Shown: in pieces, positions 10,521 to 18,998 of the stretch | Layout of the letters: the number at the start of each line of letters is the position of its first letter | Numbering within the stretch: the stretch's first letter is position 1 | DNA from: Hyphomicrobiales bacterium | GTDB lineage: Bacteria > Pseudomonadota > Alphaproteobacteria > Rhizobiales > Methyloligellaceae | Direction: 5' to 3' | Length of the DNA stretch: 32,000 nucleotides | Assembly (NCBI GenBank): GCA_028280515.1 | Contig: JANQLP010000162.1 | Location: 58,092 to 90,091, forward strand | Notes under the pieces: model-generated | Told to the model about the DNA's origin: nothing | What the model saw: the letters and a program-made list of their open reading frames with translations, nothing else | Database searches by the model: none | Translations under genes and position numbers: made by a program

Positions 10521-10555
10521 CATGCTATAGTGCGTTTTTGATCAGGAAGATCGTC

Positions 10556-10909
10556 ATGTCCCGCGTATCACAGTTCGCAGTTCTTGCTTCGGCGTGCATC
10601 CTGCTGAGCGCCGCCACTGCCTCAGCCGACCCGAATGCGGGAAGATACGGTTATCAGGGCGCGAGCCCTTACCCCTATCCGCCTGTCTATACGCCTCCCG
10701 CCCCGCCGCAGGTCAACGTGCCGCAAGGCTCGCCGGTCACGGTGATCGTCGCGCCGAACGCGCAAGTGGTAACCACGTCACCGTCGAATACGACGCTGCC
10801 GCCGGGCTGGGTCTGGGCACGTCCGGCCAATTGCGGCGAATACAGGTATTGGAACGGAACCGAGTGCCTCGACGCGCGCGACTATCCGCCGAACCTTGGC
10901 CCTCGCTAG
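10556..10909 (+). CDS. Small secreted/periplasmic proline-rich hypothetical protein (117 aa)
   Basis: Signal peptide MSRVSQFAVLASACILLSAATASADPN, then PYPYPPVYTPPAPPQ; ends GYWVW-like Cys-containing tail (ANCGEYRYWNGTECLDARDYPP). Confidence 0.65.
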   Translation: MSRVSQFAVLASACILLSAATASADPNAGRYGYQGASPYPYPPVYTPPAPPQVNVPQGSPVTVIVAPNAQVVTTSPSNTTLPPGWVWARPANCGEYRYWNGTECLDARDYPPNLGPR

Positions 10910-10988
10910 AACGCTCCTGCCGGACGGCACGACCCCAACCCGGCTGAAGGCGGACGCCACAGAAGCTGCCACAGATGCGGAGAATGAC

Positions 10989-12137
10989 ATGGGCGCTGCC
11001 CGTCCCTTCGAACTCGCGGTCCCTGACGAAACGCTGGAGAACATCCGCACCAAAGTCGCGGCTTTCCCGTGGGACGACATGCCGAAACTCGAAGGGTGGC
11101 AGTATGGCGCCAACCTCGACTACATGCGGGAGCTGTGCGCCTACTGGCTCGACGGGTTCGACTGGCGTGCCCAGGAAACCGCGATCAAACGCTTTTCGCA
11201 CTTCATTGCGCCGGCGGAGGGTTTCGACATCCATTTTATCCACGAGAAGGGCAGCGGCCCGTCCCCGCGGCCTCTGCTGATCAGCCACGGCTGGCCGGGT
11301 TCGGTCGTCGAGTTTCTGGAGATCATCGAACCGCTGGCCCATCCGGAGCGGTTCGGCGGCAGCACGGACGACGCCTTCGACGTGATTGCCCCGTCGCTGC
11401 CGGGGTTCGGCTTTTCCGGCAAGCCGGAAAGTCCCATGGGCCCCCGCGCCATCGCCCGGCACTTCGCAGCCCTGATGCGCGACGTGCTCGGCTATGACGG
11501 ATACATCGCGCAAGGCGGCGACTGGGGTGGCGCCGTTTCCGCCTGGCTCGGCTTCGACCATGCGCCCGCCTGCCGCGCGATCCACGTGAACATCATGATG
11601 ATGCGCCATCCGGACGGCCCGCAGGGCGCGGAAGAAAAGGCGTGGGCCGCGCGGTTCGCGAAGGAGCAGGAACCCGAAGCAGGCTACCGCATCCAGCAGG
11701 CAACCAAGCCGCAATCTTTAAGCTACGCGATGATGGACAGCCCCGTCGGCGTCGCCGCGTGGATCATCGAGAAGTTCAATTCATGGTCCGATACACGCGG
11801 CGGCGACATCGACAGCATCTTTACGAAAGACCGGCTGCTGACGAACATCATGGTCTATCTGGTGACCGGTACCTTCGCCACGGCAAGCTGGATCTATGCC
11901 GGCCGGCGCGCGGAAGGCGGCCGGCTGCTGTCACCCGAGGGCAAGCGCGTGGAGGTGCCCACGGCCTGCGCTCTGTTTCCCGAGGAGCTTCTGGAATGGC
12001 CGCCGCGCAGCTATGTCGAACGCGTCTACAACGTCACCCGCTGGACCGAGTTCCCGCGGGGCGGGCACTTCGCGGCCATGGAACAGCCCCAACCGCTGAT
12101 CGACGATATCCGCGCCTTCGCACGCTCTCTGCCGTAG
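10989..12137 (+). CDS. Epoxide hydrolase (EHN N-terminal domain, alpha/beta hydrolase fold)
   Basis: FELAVPDETLENIRTKVAAFPWDDMP, LLISHGWPGSVVEF, GGDWGGAVSAWLG nucleophile region, PRGGHFAAMEQP catalytic His. ORF open from 10896; ATG 10989 preferred. Confidence 0.85.
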   Translation: MGAARPFELAVPDETLENIRTKVAAFPWDDMPKLEGWQYGANLDYMRELCAYWLDGFDWRAQETAIKRFSHFIAPAEGFDIHFIHEKGSGPSPRPLLISHGWPGSVVEFLEIIEPLAHPERFGGSTDDAFDVIAPSLPGFGFSGKPESPMGPRAIARHFAALMRDVLGYDGYIAQGGDWGGAVSAWLGFDHAPACRAIHVNIMMMRHPDGPQGAEEKAWAARFAKEQEPEAGYRIQQATKPQSLSYAMMDSPVGVAAWIIEKFNSWSDTRGGDIDSIFTKDRLLTNIMVYLVTGTFATASWIYAGRRAEGGRLLSPEGKRVEVPTACALFPEELLEWPPRSYVERVYNVTRWTEFPRGGHFAAMEQPQPLIDDIRAFARSLP

Positions 12138-12201
12138 GCGCGCCAAGAGCGCCTGCTCTCCGACACCATCGAGGTGCGCGGGCTTTCGTCAAGGACACGC
12201 G

Positions 12202-12795
12202 ACGTTTTAGGGCACGCCAGCAAAAGATACCCGAAATCCCGGACAAGGGCTGGCCACGGCGATATGTGTGGCGCAGCGTTCGATCCGGCGCGCGATCCGG
12301 GATCCAGCACAAAGAGGGGCGAAGGGTATATGGATTCCTGCTTTCGCAGGAATTTCAGGATGAGCGGCAGCCACAGGATTCGCGTCATCCCGGACAGTGC
12401 GCACGGTACGCGCGTCACGTGATCCGGGATCCAGCGCAAGAAGAGGCGAAGCCGCTTCTGGATTCCGGCGTTCGCCGGAATGACGAATGAAAAAACGGCC
12501 TGGCCAAAACCTGCCCCGCGCAGGCGGGCACCCGGTTATGACGGACTGAAGGTCGGACGAAACCGCGTCTACGTCATCCCGGACAAGGGCTGGCCGAGGC
12601 GATATGTATGGCACCGAGCTCGAACCGGCCCGCGATCCGGGATCCAGAATTTGGAGGCGTCGCGTGTGGCACGTCCGCTCTGGATGCCGGCCTTCGCCGG
12701 AATGACAAATGAGAAAGCAGCTTGGCTGAGCCTTCCCCCGCGCACGCGGTGACCGGAATGACGGGAGAGAAAGGCACGCAAACGTTTTAGGGCAC
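12202..12795. repeat. Cluster of three degenerate palindromic repeat modules bounded by 14-bp direct repeats
   Basis: ACGTTTTAGGGCAC at 12202-12215 and 12782-12795. Between them: GATCCGGGATCCAG at 12294, 12421 and 12634; ATCCCGGAC preceding each; small hairpins ATTCCTGCTTTCGCAGGAAT (12334), ATTCCGGCGTTCGCCGGAAT (12462), and GCCGGCCTTCGCCGG (near 12685). Confidence 0.75.
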
Positions 12796-13470
12796 TTCAA
12801 GATCGACAAATCCCGCCTGCACCTCTTCGATGAACCGCCTGGTCAGATACCGGCGTTTTCGCCCGTCGGCGCCTTCGACCCCCGTGTGTACGTCGACGCC
12901 GGCCGGACGAACGGCATGGATGGCCTGACGAACGTTTGCCGTATTCAGGCCGCCTGCCAGAATGACGGGCCTGGTGGATGCCTCCACGAGCGACCGGCTG
13001 ATCTCCCAGTCGTGAACCTTGCCGGTCGCGCCGGACGCCCCGGTCTCAGGGTCAAACGTGTCGGTGATAAACGCGTCCACACTCGCTTCGTAGAGCCGGA
13101 CGTCCTTGATCAAAGCGCTCGCGTCGCCGCCGCGGACAATGAGGCTCTTGATGATCCGCAAGTCCGGTGCCTCTTGCTTCAACACTTGTATCTGCTCGAG
13201 GCTCGTCTCGCCGTGCAGCTGCACAATGTCCACCGATAGAGCATCGCAAAGCTCAAGGATGGTCTGCGCTTCGTTCGCATAGGTGATGAGGAAGAAGGTC
13301 GCCTCGTCCCGGAGTTCGGAGACAATGGCCGCGGCGGCTGCGATCGACAGATCCTCCTTGTGATAACCAAGCACAAAAGGGAATCCGAGATGCTGGACCC
13401 CGCAGTCGATCAGCAGCTGCGCCTCGGCGAGATCGATCACGCCAGCGACATGAATATGCGGTCCCGACAT
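12787..13470 (-). CDS. Phosphoribosylanthranilate isomerase (TrpF)-like protein, divergent
   Basis: TIM-barrel TrpF-like layout: LHGETSLEQIQVLKQ, DAFITDTFDPETGASGATGKVHDWEIS, RPVILAGGLNTANVRQAIHAVRPAGVDVHTGVE. The N-terminal K-x-C-G motif is replaced by HIHVAG. Confidence 0.7.
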   Translation of the reverse strand: MSGPHIHVAGVIDLAEAQLLIDCGVQHLGFPFVLGYHKEDLSIAAAAAIVSELRDEATFFLITYANEAQTILELCDALSVDIVQLHGETSLEQIQVLKQEAPDLRIIKSLIVRGGDASALIKDVRLYEASVDAFITDTFDPETGASGATGKVHDWEISRSLVEASTRPVILAGGLNTANVRQAIHAVRPAGVDVHTGVEGADGRKRRYLTRRFIEEVQAGFVDLEVP

Positions 13471-13585
13471 TGCTCCTGCATGACCATTTCTTCTTCGAAG
13501 TGCCTAGCGTCTTTGTGTGATTGCTGCACCATCTCGATTATGATCGATTCGATGGTCGAGCCGCCGTCAAAACGGGGGGAAATCC

Positions 13586-14398
13586 GTGAGTGGTCTTGAA
13601 TTCATAAACACGACTTCGGGCTGGGCGCTCGCCTTCATGGTCATCAGCGTCGCCGTGATCTTCAGCGTCGGTCTGCAATTGTTTACGCGCTGGCGTTTTG
13701 GTGTCGATCTCGTGGAAGCGAACCACGAAGTCGCCGGCTTCAAATTCGCCGTTGTCGGCGTTGCCTACGGGGTGCTGCTCGCCTTCGTCGTTCTCAGCGT
13801 CTGGGACGAGTACGAACAAACCAGGGGTACCGTGGATGCCGAAGCTCAGCGGTTCTATAACCTCTTCAGGACCAGCTACAATTTTCCCGACGAAACGGGC
13901 ACGAAAATTCAGGATGCGCTTCTCGCATACGCGGTCGCAGTCCGCGACAAGGACTGGCCGGAGATGCAACGGGGATCTCGCGGCAGCAAATCTGCCGCGG
14001 ATGCGTATACCAAGTTGAGCTTCACGGTCGGGCAGACAAGGCCCGACGACATCCGGCTGGCGCCGAGCGTCACCCACGCATTCAATCTCCTGCAGGAAAT
14101 TGCCGACCTCAGACTGGAGCGGTTGTCCGATGTCCGCGGTCACGTGACGCCCGTCGTGTGGGCGGTCTTGTTGCTTGGGGGATTCATCACGCTCGGCTAT
14201 TGCGCGTTCTTCGCAACAAAGCACGTCGGCGCGCAAATCCTCATGACCGGCGGGCTCGCCGTGATCATCAGCTCGATCTTCTTCCTGATGCTGATACTGA
14301 ACTATCCGTTCTCCGGACCGCAGGCGCTGACATCCGCGCCAATCGACGATGCCATCAAGCGGATGCAGACGGAAACTGCGACTGCGGTCGAACGGTAA
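13586..14398 (+). CDS. Integral membrane protein, probably DUF4239 (bestrophin-like) family
   Basis: Two N-terminal and two C-terminal hydrophobic segments; AYGVLLAFVVLSVWDEYEQTRGTVDAEAQRFYNLFR pattern; C-terminal LILNYPFSGPQAL. Confidence 0.65.
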   Translation: MSGLEFINTTSGWALAFMVISVAVIFSVGLQLFTRWRFGVDLVEANHEVAGFKFAVVGVAYGVLLAFVVLSVWDEYEQTRGTVDAEAQRFYNLFRTSYNFPDETGTKIQDALLAYAVAVRDKDWPEMQRGSRGSKSAADAYTKLSFTVGQTRPDDIRLAPSVTHAFNLLQEIADLRLERLSDVRGHVTPVVWAVLLLGGFITLGYCAFFATKHVGAQILMTGGLAVIISSIFFLMLILNYPFSGPQALTSAPIDDAIKRMQTETATAVER

Positions 14399-14505
14399 GT
14401 CTCCGGCATTGAAGCAGGCTGTGCCGGAATCCCGCACGAACGGCCCCCAACCCTAAACGGAGCGGGGGTCCCACTGCTGGGGTGATCGCACTGTCGCGGG
14501 ACGAC

Positions 14506-14569
14506 TAGAGCATCATGGGTTCAGATTGACGCGTTTCGTCGCGAAATCTGAACGCATAAAGATGCTCTA
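14506..14569. repeat. Interspersed palindromic element, copy 1 (TAGAGCAT...TTCAGATT...AATCTGAA...ATGCTCTA)
   Basis: Inverted outer arms TAGAGCAT/ATGCTCTA and inner arms TTCAGATT/AATCTGAA (inner arms separated by GACGCGTTTCGTCGCGA). Confidence 0.7.
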
Positions 14570-14582
14570 ACGCTTCAAGATA

Positions 14583-14644
14583 TAGAGCAAATTTATCCGA
14601 TTAGGTTGAAACAGGGTGAGTCAACCTAATCGGATTTTGCTCTA
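14583..14644. repeat. Interspersed palindromic element, copy 2 (TAGAGCAA...ATCCGATTAGGTTGA...TCAACCTAATCGGAT...TTGCTCTA)
   Basis: Perfect 15-bp inner stem 14595-14609 / 14621-14635 and outer arms TAGAGCAA/TTGCTCTA. Confidence 0.75.
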
Positions 14645-15676
14645 GGCGTAGCGATAGGGCCGGCCCGCCTTCTGCATGTCGTCGTTATATTTGCGGAGGA
14701 TTTTGATGACCTTCGCCTTGGTCTCGGATTCCGCGGCGATCTCGTCCCAGAACTTCACCGCCGCGGCTTCCACCGTCGCCCATTCCTCATCAGGAATGCT
14801 CGTCAGCTTGAGTTTCGTCCCGTTGACCCGCAGGTCGGCTTCGCCGCCCCAGTACCACCACTGGCGATAATAGTGGCTCTGGTCCGTGCAGACCCTGAAG
14901 AGCTCCTTCAGATTGTCCGGCAGCTCGTTCCAGCGATCGGCATTTGCAAAGAACGATCCGCACCATGCACCTGAAATGTTGTTGGTCAGGAAATAGTTGG
15001 TCACGTCCGCCCAGCCGACGGTGTAGTCCTCCGTGATGCCCGACCAGGCAATACCGTCAAGCTCTCCGGTCTGCACCGCTGTTTCAATGTCCTCCCACGG
15101 CAGCGTCACGGGAACGACGCCGAACTGGCTCAGGAAGCGGCCGGCGGTCGGGAACGTGAAGACCCGCTTGCCTTTCAGATCAGCGAGGGACCGGATCGGA
15201 TCCTTGGTGGCAAAGTGGCAAGGATCCCATGCGCCGGCGGAAATGTGCTTGACCCCCACGGCCGCATACTCCTTGTCCCAGATCTCGCCAAGGCCGTACT
15301 GATTGAACAGGACCGGCACGTCGAGCGAATAACGGCAGGCAAAAGGAAAGTAGCCGCCGAAGACGGTCACTTCCGTCGGCGAGGCCATGGAATCGTCGTC
15401 GGATTGAACCGCGTCAATAGTCCCCTTCTGCATGGCGCGGAAAAGCTCACCGGTCGGCACCAGCTGGTCGGCGAAAAAGAGCTCGATCTCCATCTGATCG
15501 CCAGCGATCTTGTTGAAACTGTCGATGGCCGGCTTGATGACGTGCGCCGCAAGGGCGGGACCGGCATAGGTCTGCAGTCGCCACTTGATCTTCGATTGAG
15601 CGATTGCGGGGGCCGCCAGCGCCGCGGCGGGTGCCGCAACGGCCGCGCCTTTGAGAAACTTGCGTCGTGTTGTCAT
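14642..15676 (-). CDS. TRAP transporter substrate-binding protein, DctP/TakP type
   Basis: Tat-like leader MTTRRKFLKGAAVAAPAAALAAPAIA; SLADLKGKRVFTFPTAGRFLSQFGVVPVTLPWEDIETAVQTGELDGI typical of DctP. Confidence 0.88.
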   Translation of the reverse strand: MTTRRKFLKGAAVAAPAAALAAPAIAQSKIKWRLQTYAGPALAAHVIKPAIDSFNKIAGDQMEIELFFADQLVPTGELFRAMQKGTIDAVQSDDDSMASPTEVTVFGGYFPFACRYSLDVPVLFNQYGLGEIWDKEYAAVGVKHISAGAWDPCHFATKDPIRSLADLKGKRVFTFPTAGRFLSQFGVVPVTLPWEDIETAVQTGELDGIAWSGITEDYTVGWADVTNYFLTNNISGAWCGSFFANADRWNELPDNLKELFRVCTDQSHYYRQWWYWGGEADLRVNGTKLKLTSIPDEEWATVEAAAVKFWDEIAAESETKAKVIKILRKYNDDMQKAGRPYRYA

Positions 15677-15736
15677 TGGCTTTGCTTTCCTCCCTTGTAT
15701 GTCCCTGGCGGGACATGGTTGTGCTCGAAGCTCGAG

Positions 15737-17059
15737 CTATTTCCCGTAAATCAACTCTGGCAGCCAAAGTGCGATTTGCGGGAATGTCATGACGAGCGCC
15801 AGCGCCAGCACCATCACCAGAACGAAGGGTGCGATGGAACTGTAAATGTCCCTGAGCGTGATTTCAGGCGGTGCCATGGCGCGCATCAGGAACAGATTGT
15901 ACCCGAAGGGCGGCGTCATATAGGCGATCTGTGTCGTAATCGTATACAGAACGCCGTACCATATCAGGTCGAAGCCAAGCACCTTGACAAGCGGCACATA
16001 AAGCGGCGCAACGATGACCAGCATGGCGGTGTCGTCGAGAAACGTGCCCATCACGAGGAACGACAGCTGCATGAGGATAAGGATCATCCACGGGTTCAAT
16101 CCAAGCTGTTCGGTGAAAAGATCGTCGATGGCGCGCACCGCGCCAAGGCCGTCGAAAACCGCTCCGAAAGACAGCGCGGCGAGAATGATCCACATGAACA
16201 TGCAGGACACGGCGAGAGTCTGGCGCACCGAGACTTCGAACACCTCGCGTGTCATGCGCCCCTTCAGGACCGCCGCCAGAAACGCCGCCGTCGCCCCCAC
16301 CGCCGAACTCTCCACCAGGGAGGTCCAGCCGTTCACGAACGGCACCATCATGACCGCAAAGATGAACAGCGGCAGAAGCCCGGCGCGCAGCAGCCGGAGT
16401 TTCTCGCGAAAGGGGATGCTTCGTTCCGCCGGGGCCAGCGCCGGCCCGAGCTGAGGCTGGACCCGGCACCGGACATAAATGTAGATCATGAACAAGGCGG
16501 CCATCATCAATCCGGGGAACACGCCGGCGAGCCAGAGCTGACCCACCGGCTGACGCGCGATCATGGCGTAGAGCACCAGTACCACGGAGGGCGGAACGAG
16601 AATGCCGAGGGATGAACCTGCCTGGATGACGCCTGTCACCATCCGCTTGTCGTAGCCGCGCTTCAGCAGCTCCGGCAGGGCAATTGTCGCGCCTATGGCC
16701 ATGCCCGCGACAGAGAGCCCGTTCATGGCAGAAATCAGGATCATCAGACCAATTGTACCGATGGCCAGACCGCCGCGTACCGGCCCCATCCAGACATGGA
16801 ACATCCTGTAGAGATCATCGGCGATTTTCGATTCCGAAAGGACGTAGCCCATGAAGATGAACATCGGCAGCGTCAGCAGCGGATACCACTTCATGAGCTT
16901 CATGGCGGACGCGAAGGCGATGTCGGAACCACCCGTCCCCCAGAGGGCAAGGGCGGCAATGGCGCCAACCGCGCCGATGGCACCAAACACGCGCTGCCCG
17001 GTGAGCAGCATGAGCATCATCGAGGCGAACATGAAGAGGGCGATCATCTCCTGGGACAT
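15737..17059 (-). CDS. TRAP transporter large permease (DctM)
   Basis: 12+ hydrophobic segments; MFIFMGYVLSESKIADDLY, GSSLGILVPPSVVLVLYAM, TPPFGYNLFLMR motifs. Confidence 0.9.
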   Translation of the reverse strand: MSQEMIALFMFASMMLMLLTGQRVFGAIGAVGAIAALALWGTGGSDIAFASAMKLMKWYPLLTLPMFIFMGYVLSESKIADDLYRMFHVWMGPVRGGLAIGTIGLMILISAMNGLSVAGMAIGATIALPELLKRGYDKRMVTGVIQAGSSLGILVPPSVVLVLYAMIARQPVGQLWLAGVFPGLMMAALFMIYIYVRCRVQPQLGPALAPAERSIPFREKLRLLRAGLLPLFIFAVMMVPFVNGWTSLVESSAVGATAAFLAAVLKGRMTREVFEVSVRQTLAVSCMFMWIILAALSFGAVFDGLGAVRAIDDLFTEQLGLNPWMILILMQLSFLVMGTFLDDTAMLVIVAPLYVPLVKVLGFDLIWYGVLYTITTQIAYMTPPFGYNLFLMRAMAPPEITLRDIYSSIAPFVLVMVLALALVMTFPQIALWLPELIYGK

Positions 17060-17625
17060 CACGCATCGCCCTCGCGCAGCTTGATGATGTCCTTGAGCAG
17101 CTCGGAGATCGCCTGCAGCAGCATCAGGAATATCCCGATGCACATCAGAGTCTTGATCGGCCAGAGATAGGGCCGCCACGCGGTCGGGCTGCGCTCCAGC
17201 CGGCCCGTACTTTCAGAGCCGGCGATCAACCCGGTGAGGTATTGAACCGGTTCATCGCCAAAATGGCCCAGCGAATAGGCAGTCGAGCCCAGCCCGCCAT
17301 ACAGCAACACGCCGAGATAGAAAATCAGGAACAGGACCGTGACCGCATCGAACCTGGCCTTCTTGCGGGCGGACCATTGCCCGTAGAACAGGTCCATCCG
17401 CACGTTCGACCCGAGTTGCATCGAATACGGGCCGCCCATGATGTAGTAGGCAACAAGCGCAAACTGTGCGATCTCCAGTGTCCAGAGCGAAGGCAGAAAA
17501 AAAGTCTTCGAGATCGAAGACCATAACAAGATTCCGATCATGACGAAGATGCCGTACATCATGATCCGGCCGACCCTGTAGTTCATGGCGTCGACCGCGC
17601 GAATGTATGTACGTGCGAATTTCAT
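17059..17625 (-). CDS. TRAP transporter small permease (DctQ)
   Basis: Four hydrophobic segments with LEIAQFALVAYYIMGGPYSMQLGSNVRMDLFYG; overlaps the dctM start by 1 base. Confidence 0.85.
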   Translation of the reverse strand: MKFARTYIRAVDAMNYRVGRIMMYGIFVMIGILLWSSISKTFFLPSLWTLEIAQFALVAYYIMGGPYSMQLGSNVRMDLFYGQWSARKKARFDAVTVLFLIFYLGVLLYGGLGSTAYSLGHFGDEPVQYLTGLIAGSESTGRLERSPTAWRPYLWPIKTLMCIGIFLMLLQAISELLKDIIKLREGDA

Positions 17626-17709
17626 GAACGCGCCCCCGCGACTTCAGAACAGCCACTCCATTTATAGGACCGTTAGATCAATAAGCCAGCCCGCATATGC
17701 GAAACAGAG

Positions 17710-18234
17710 TCACCGGTTGGCGCACCGCTCCATATCGGGTGGATCCGCGCTTTGACGGACCATTACCCAGCGGCAGCTTTCAACAATCAGTTCCCCTTCG
17801 CGACCAGGCAGTGCTTCAGTCATGAAAATGGTATCTGCGGAAAAGCTCAGACCGTCTTCCGTCGGCAGGGCCGGCAGGATGCGAACCGACTCCTGATAGT
17901 CGAAATCCGGCCGGCACGCGGTCACGTAGCCTGAAACGCGGCCATCTGCCGTGACCGCCTTCCCCGTATACAAGGATGCCTTACGGCGCTTCAGCGCGAC
18001 GTCCCCGGCCGTCCAGGTGGCGATGTGAAGCCGATCGCCGTCCTGCAGAATCCGAATGTTCAGGGAAATTTGAAATGCCGCAGGCCGGCCGTCATCCGTC
18101 CGGTCACAGGCGACGACGCCGCTATAGGAGCCGGTTAAACTGGTCTCCACGCCGTATGCCGGGACGGCCAGAAGAAACAGCGCTGCGACTGCGCCTGCGT
18201 TTTGAAACGCCCTAGCGGCTTTCCATTTGCGCAT
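17710..18234 (-). CDS. Hypothetical secreted protein (174 aa)
   Basis: N-terminal hydrophobic signal-like segment AVAALFLLAVPAYGVET; several conserved-looking Cys; overlaps the IalB-like gene upstream. Confidence 0.6.
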   Translation of the reverse strand: MRKWKAARAFQNAGAVAALFLLAVPAYGVETSLTGSYSGVVACDRTDDGRPAAFQISLNIRILQDGDRLHIATWTAGDVALKRRKASLYTGKAVTADGRVSGYVTACRPDFDYQESVRILPALPTEDGLSFSADTIFMTEALPGREGELIVESCRWVMVRQSADPPDMERCANR

Positions 18235-18964
18235 AGTGCTTTGTGAATCCGGTCAAAGGCAGCGCCACGGCGATGTCCTTCTTCTGAAGGTTCTGGAATA
18301 TCGCTCTGAGCTGCTTTCCTTTTTTCATGCCCGTGAGCATTTGGTCCGAGATCGGCCCACTCGCAAAGCAACCGTTCTGGTTACACGTCTGCAGGACCAT
18401 CCCTTGCGGCTTTTGATCGTCGATCTGTAGTCTGACGCCTGCGGGCAGGTACAAACCGAACGGCGTCTGTACGAGAAGCGAGGGCTTCTTGGTCTTTGCC
18501 GGCAAGGTCACCGTGACCCTGAGCACCAGCTTGCGGTTCTGTTTCAGCACGACGGCGCGGGACATCTGGCAGTTGAAGCCGCTGCCGCCGGCGGCGTTCT
18601 GACACTGGATGTTCCAGTCCGGTCGTTGCTCCGGCGGTGTGGCGGCCTGCGCCGTGGTTGGCTGTGTGGTTCGCGGCGGGGCCGGATTGGCTTGTTGTGG
18701 CGCGACGGCCGGTTTGCGTTTCGGCGCGGGCGTCGGTGTACGCTTTTGCTCCGCCGGTGCAGGCGCCTGACCAGGGCTGGTGAACCAGCTCGGACCCTGC
18801 GCCAATGCCGGCGTTTCGGTCCCAGGCGCTAACATGACTGCTATGAAGCCGGCCAACATACCGGCCACCGTCCGACCCCTGGCAACCGGCCCGCGTTCAT
18901 CAAACGCCTTCACGACACTCACATCCCTGCACGCACTCATCATCGACCCAATACACAATCGCAT
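18212..18964 (-). CDS. Invasion-associated locus B (IalB) family protein with proline/threonine-rich linker (start uncertain)
   Basis: DWNIQCQNAAGGSGFNCQMSRAVV, LVQTPFGLYLPAGVRLQIDDQKPQGMVLQTCNQNGCFASGPIS, signature of IalB family. Confidence 0.82.
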   Translation of the reverse strand: MRLCIGSMMSACRDVSVVKAFDERGPVARGRTVAGMLAGFIAVMLAPGTETPALAQGPSWFTSPGQAPAPAEQKRTPTPAPKRKPAVAPQQANPAPPRTTQPTTAQAATPPEQRPDWNIQCQNAAGGSGFNCQMSRAVVLKQNRKLVLRVTVTLPAKTKKPSLLVQTPFGLYLPAGVRLQIDDQKPQGMVLQTCNQNGCFASGPISDQMLTGMKKGKQLRAIFQNLQKKDIAVALPLTGFTKHYAQMESR

Positions 18965-18998
18965 AACTCAAGATTTCCAGATAAACGCCCGTGCCGTG

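Noticed and set aside
12202-12795. CRISPR array
   Set aside because: Units are degenerate, spaced 127 and 213 bp apart, palindromic over much of their length and have no uniform spacers; no cas genes in the window.
12207-12809. Several ORFs within the repeat cluster (200 aa, 137 aa, 92 aa, 90 aa and others)
   Set aside because: Their translations consist of repeated segments such as LDPGSRAG and ISPWPALVRD produced by the DNA repeats on both strands; no protein family motif.
15215-16615. 466-aa plus-strand ORF
   Set aside because: Antisense to the TRAP dctP and dctM genes, which carry clear motifs; composition is typical of a shadow ORF.
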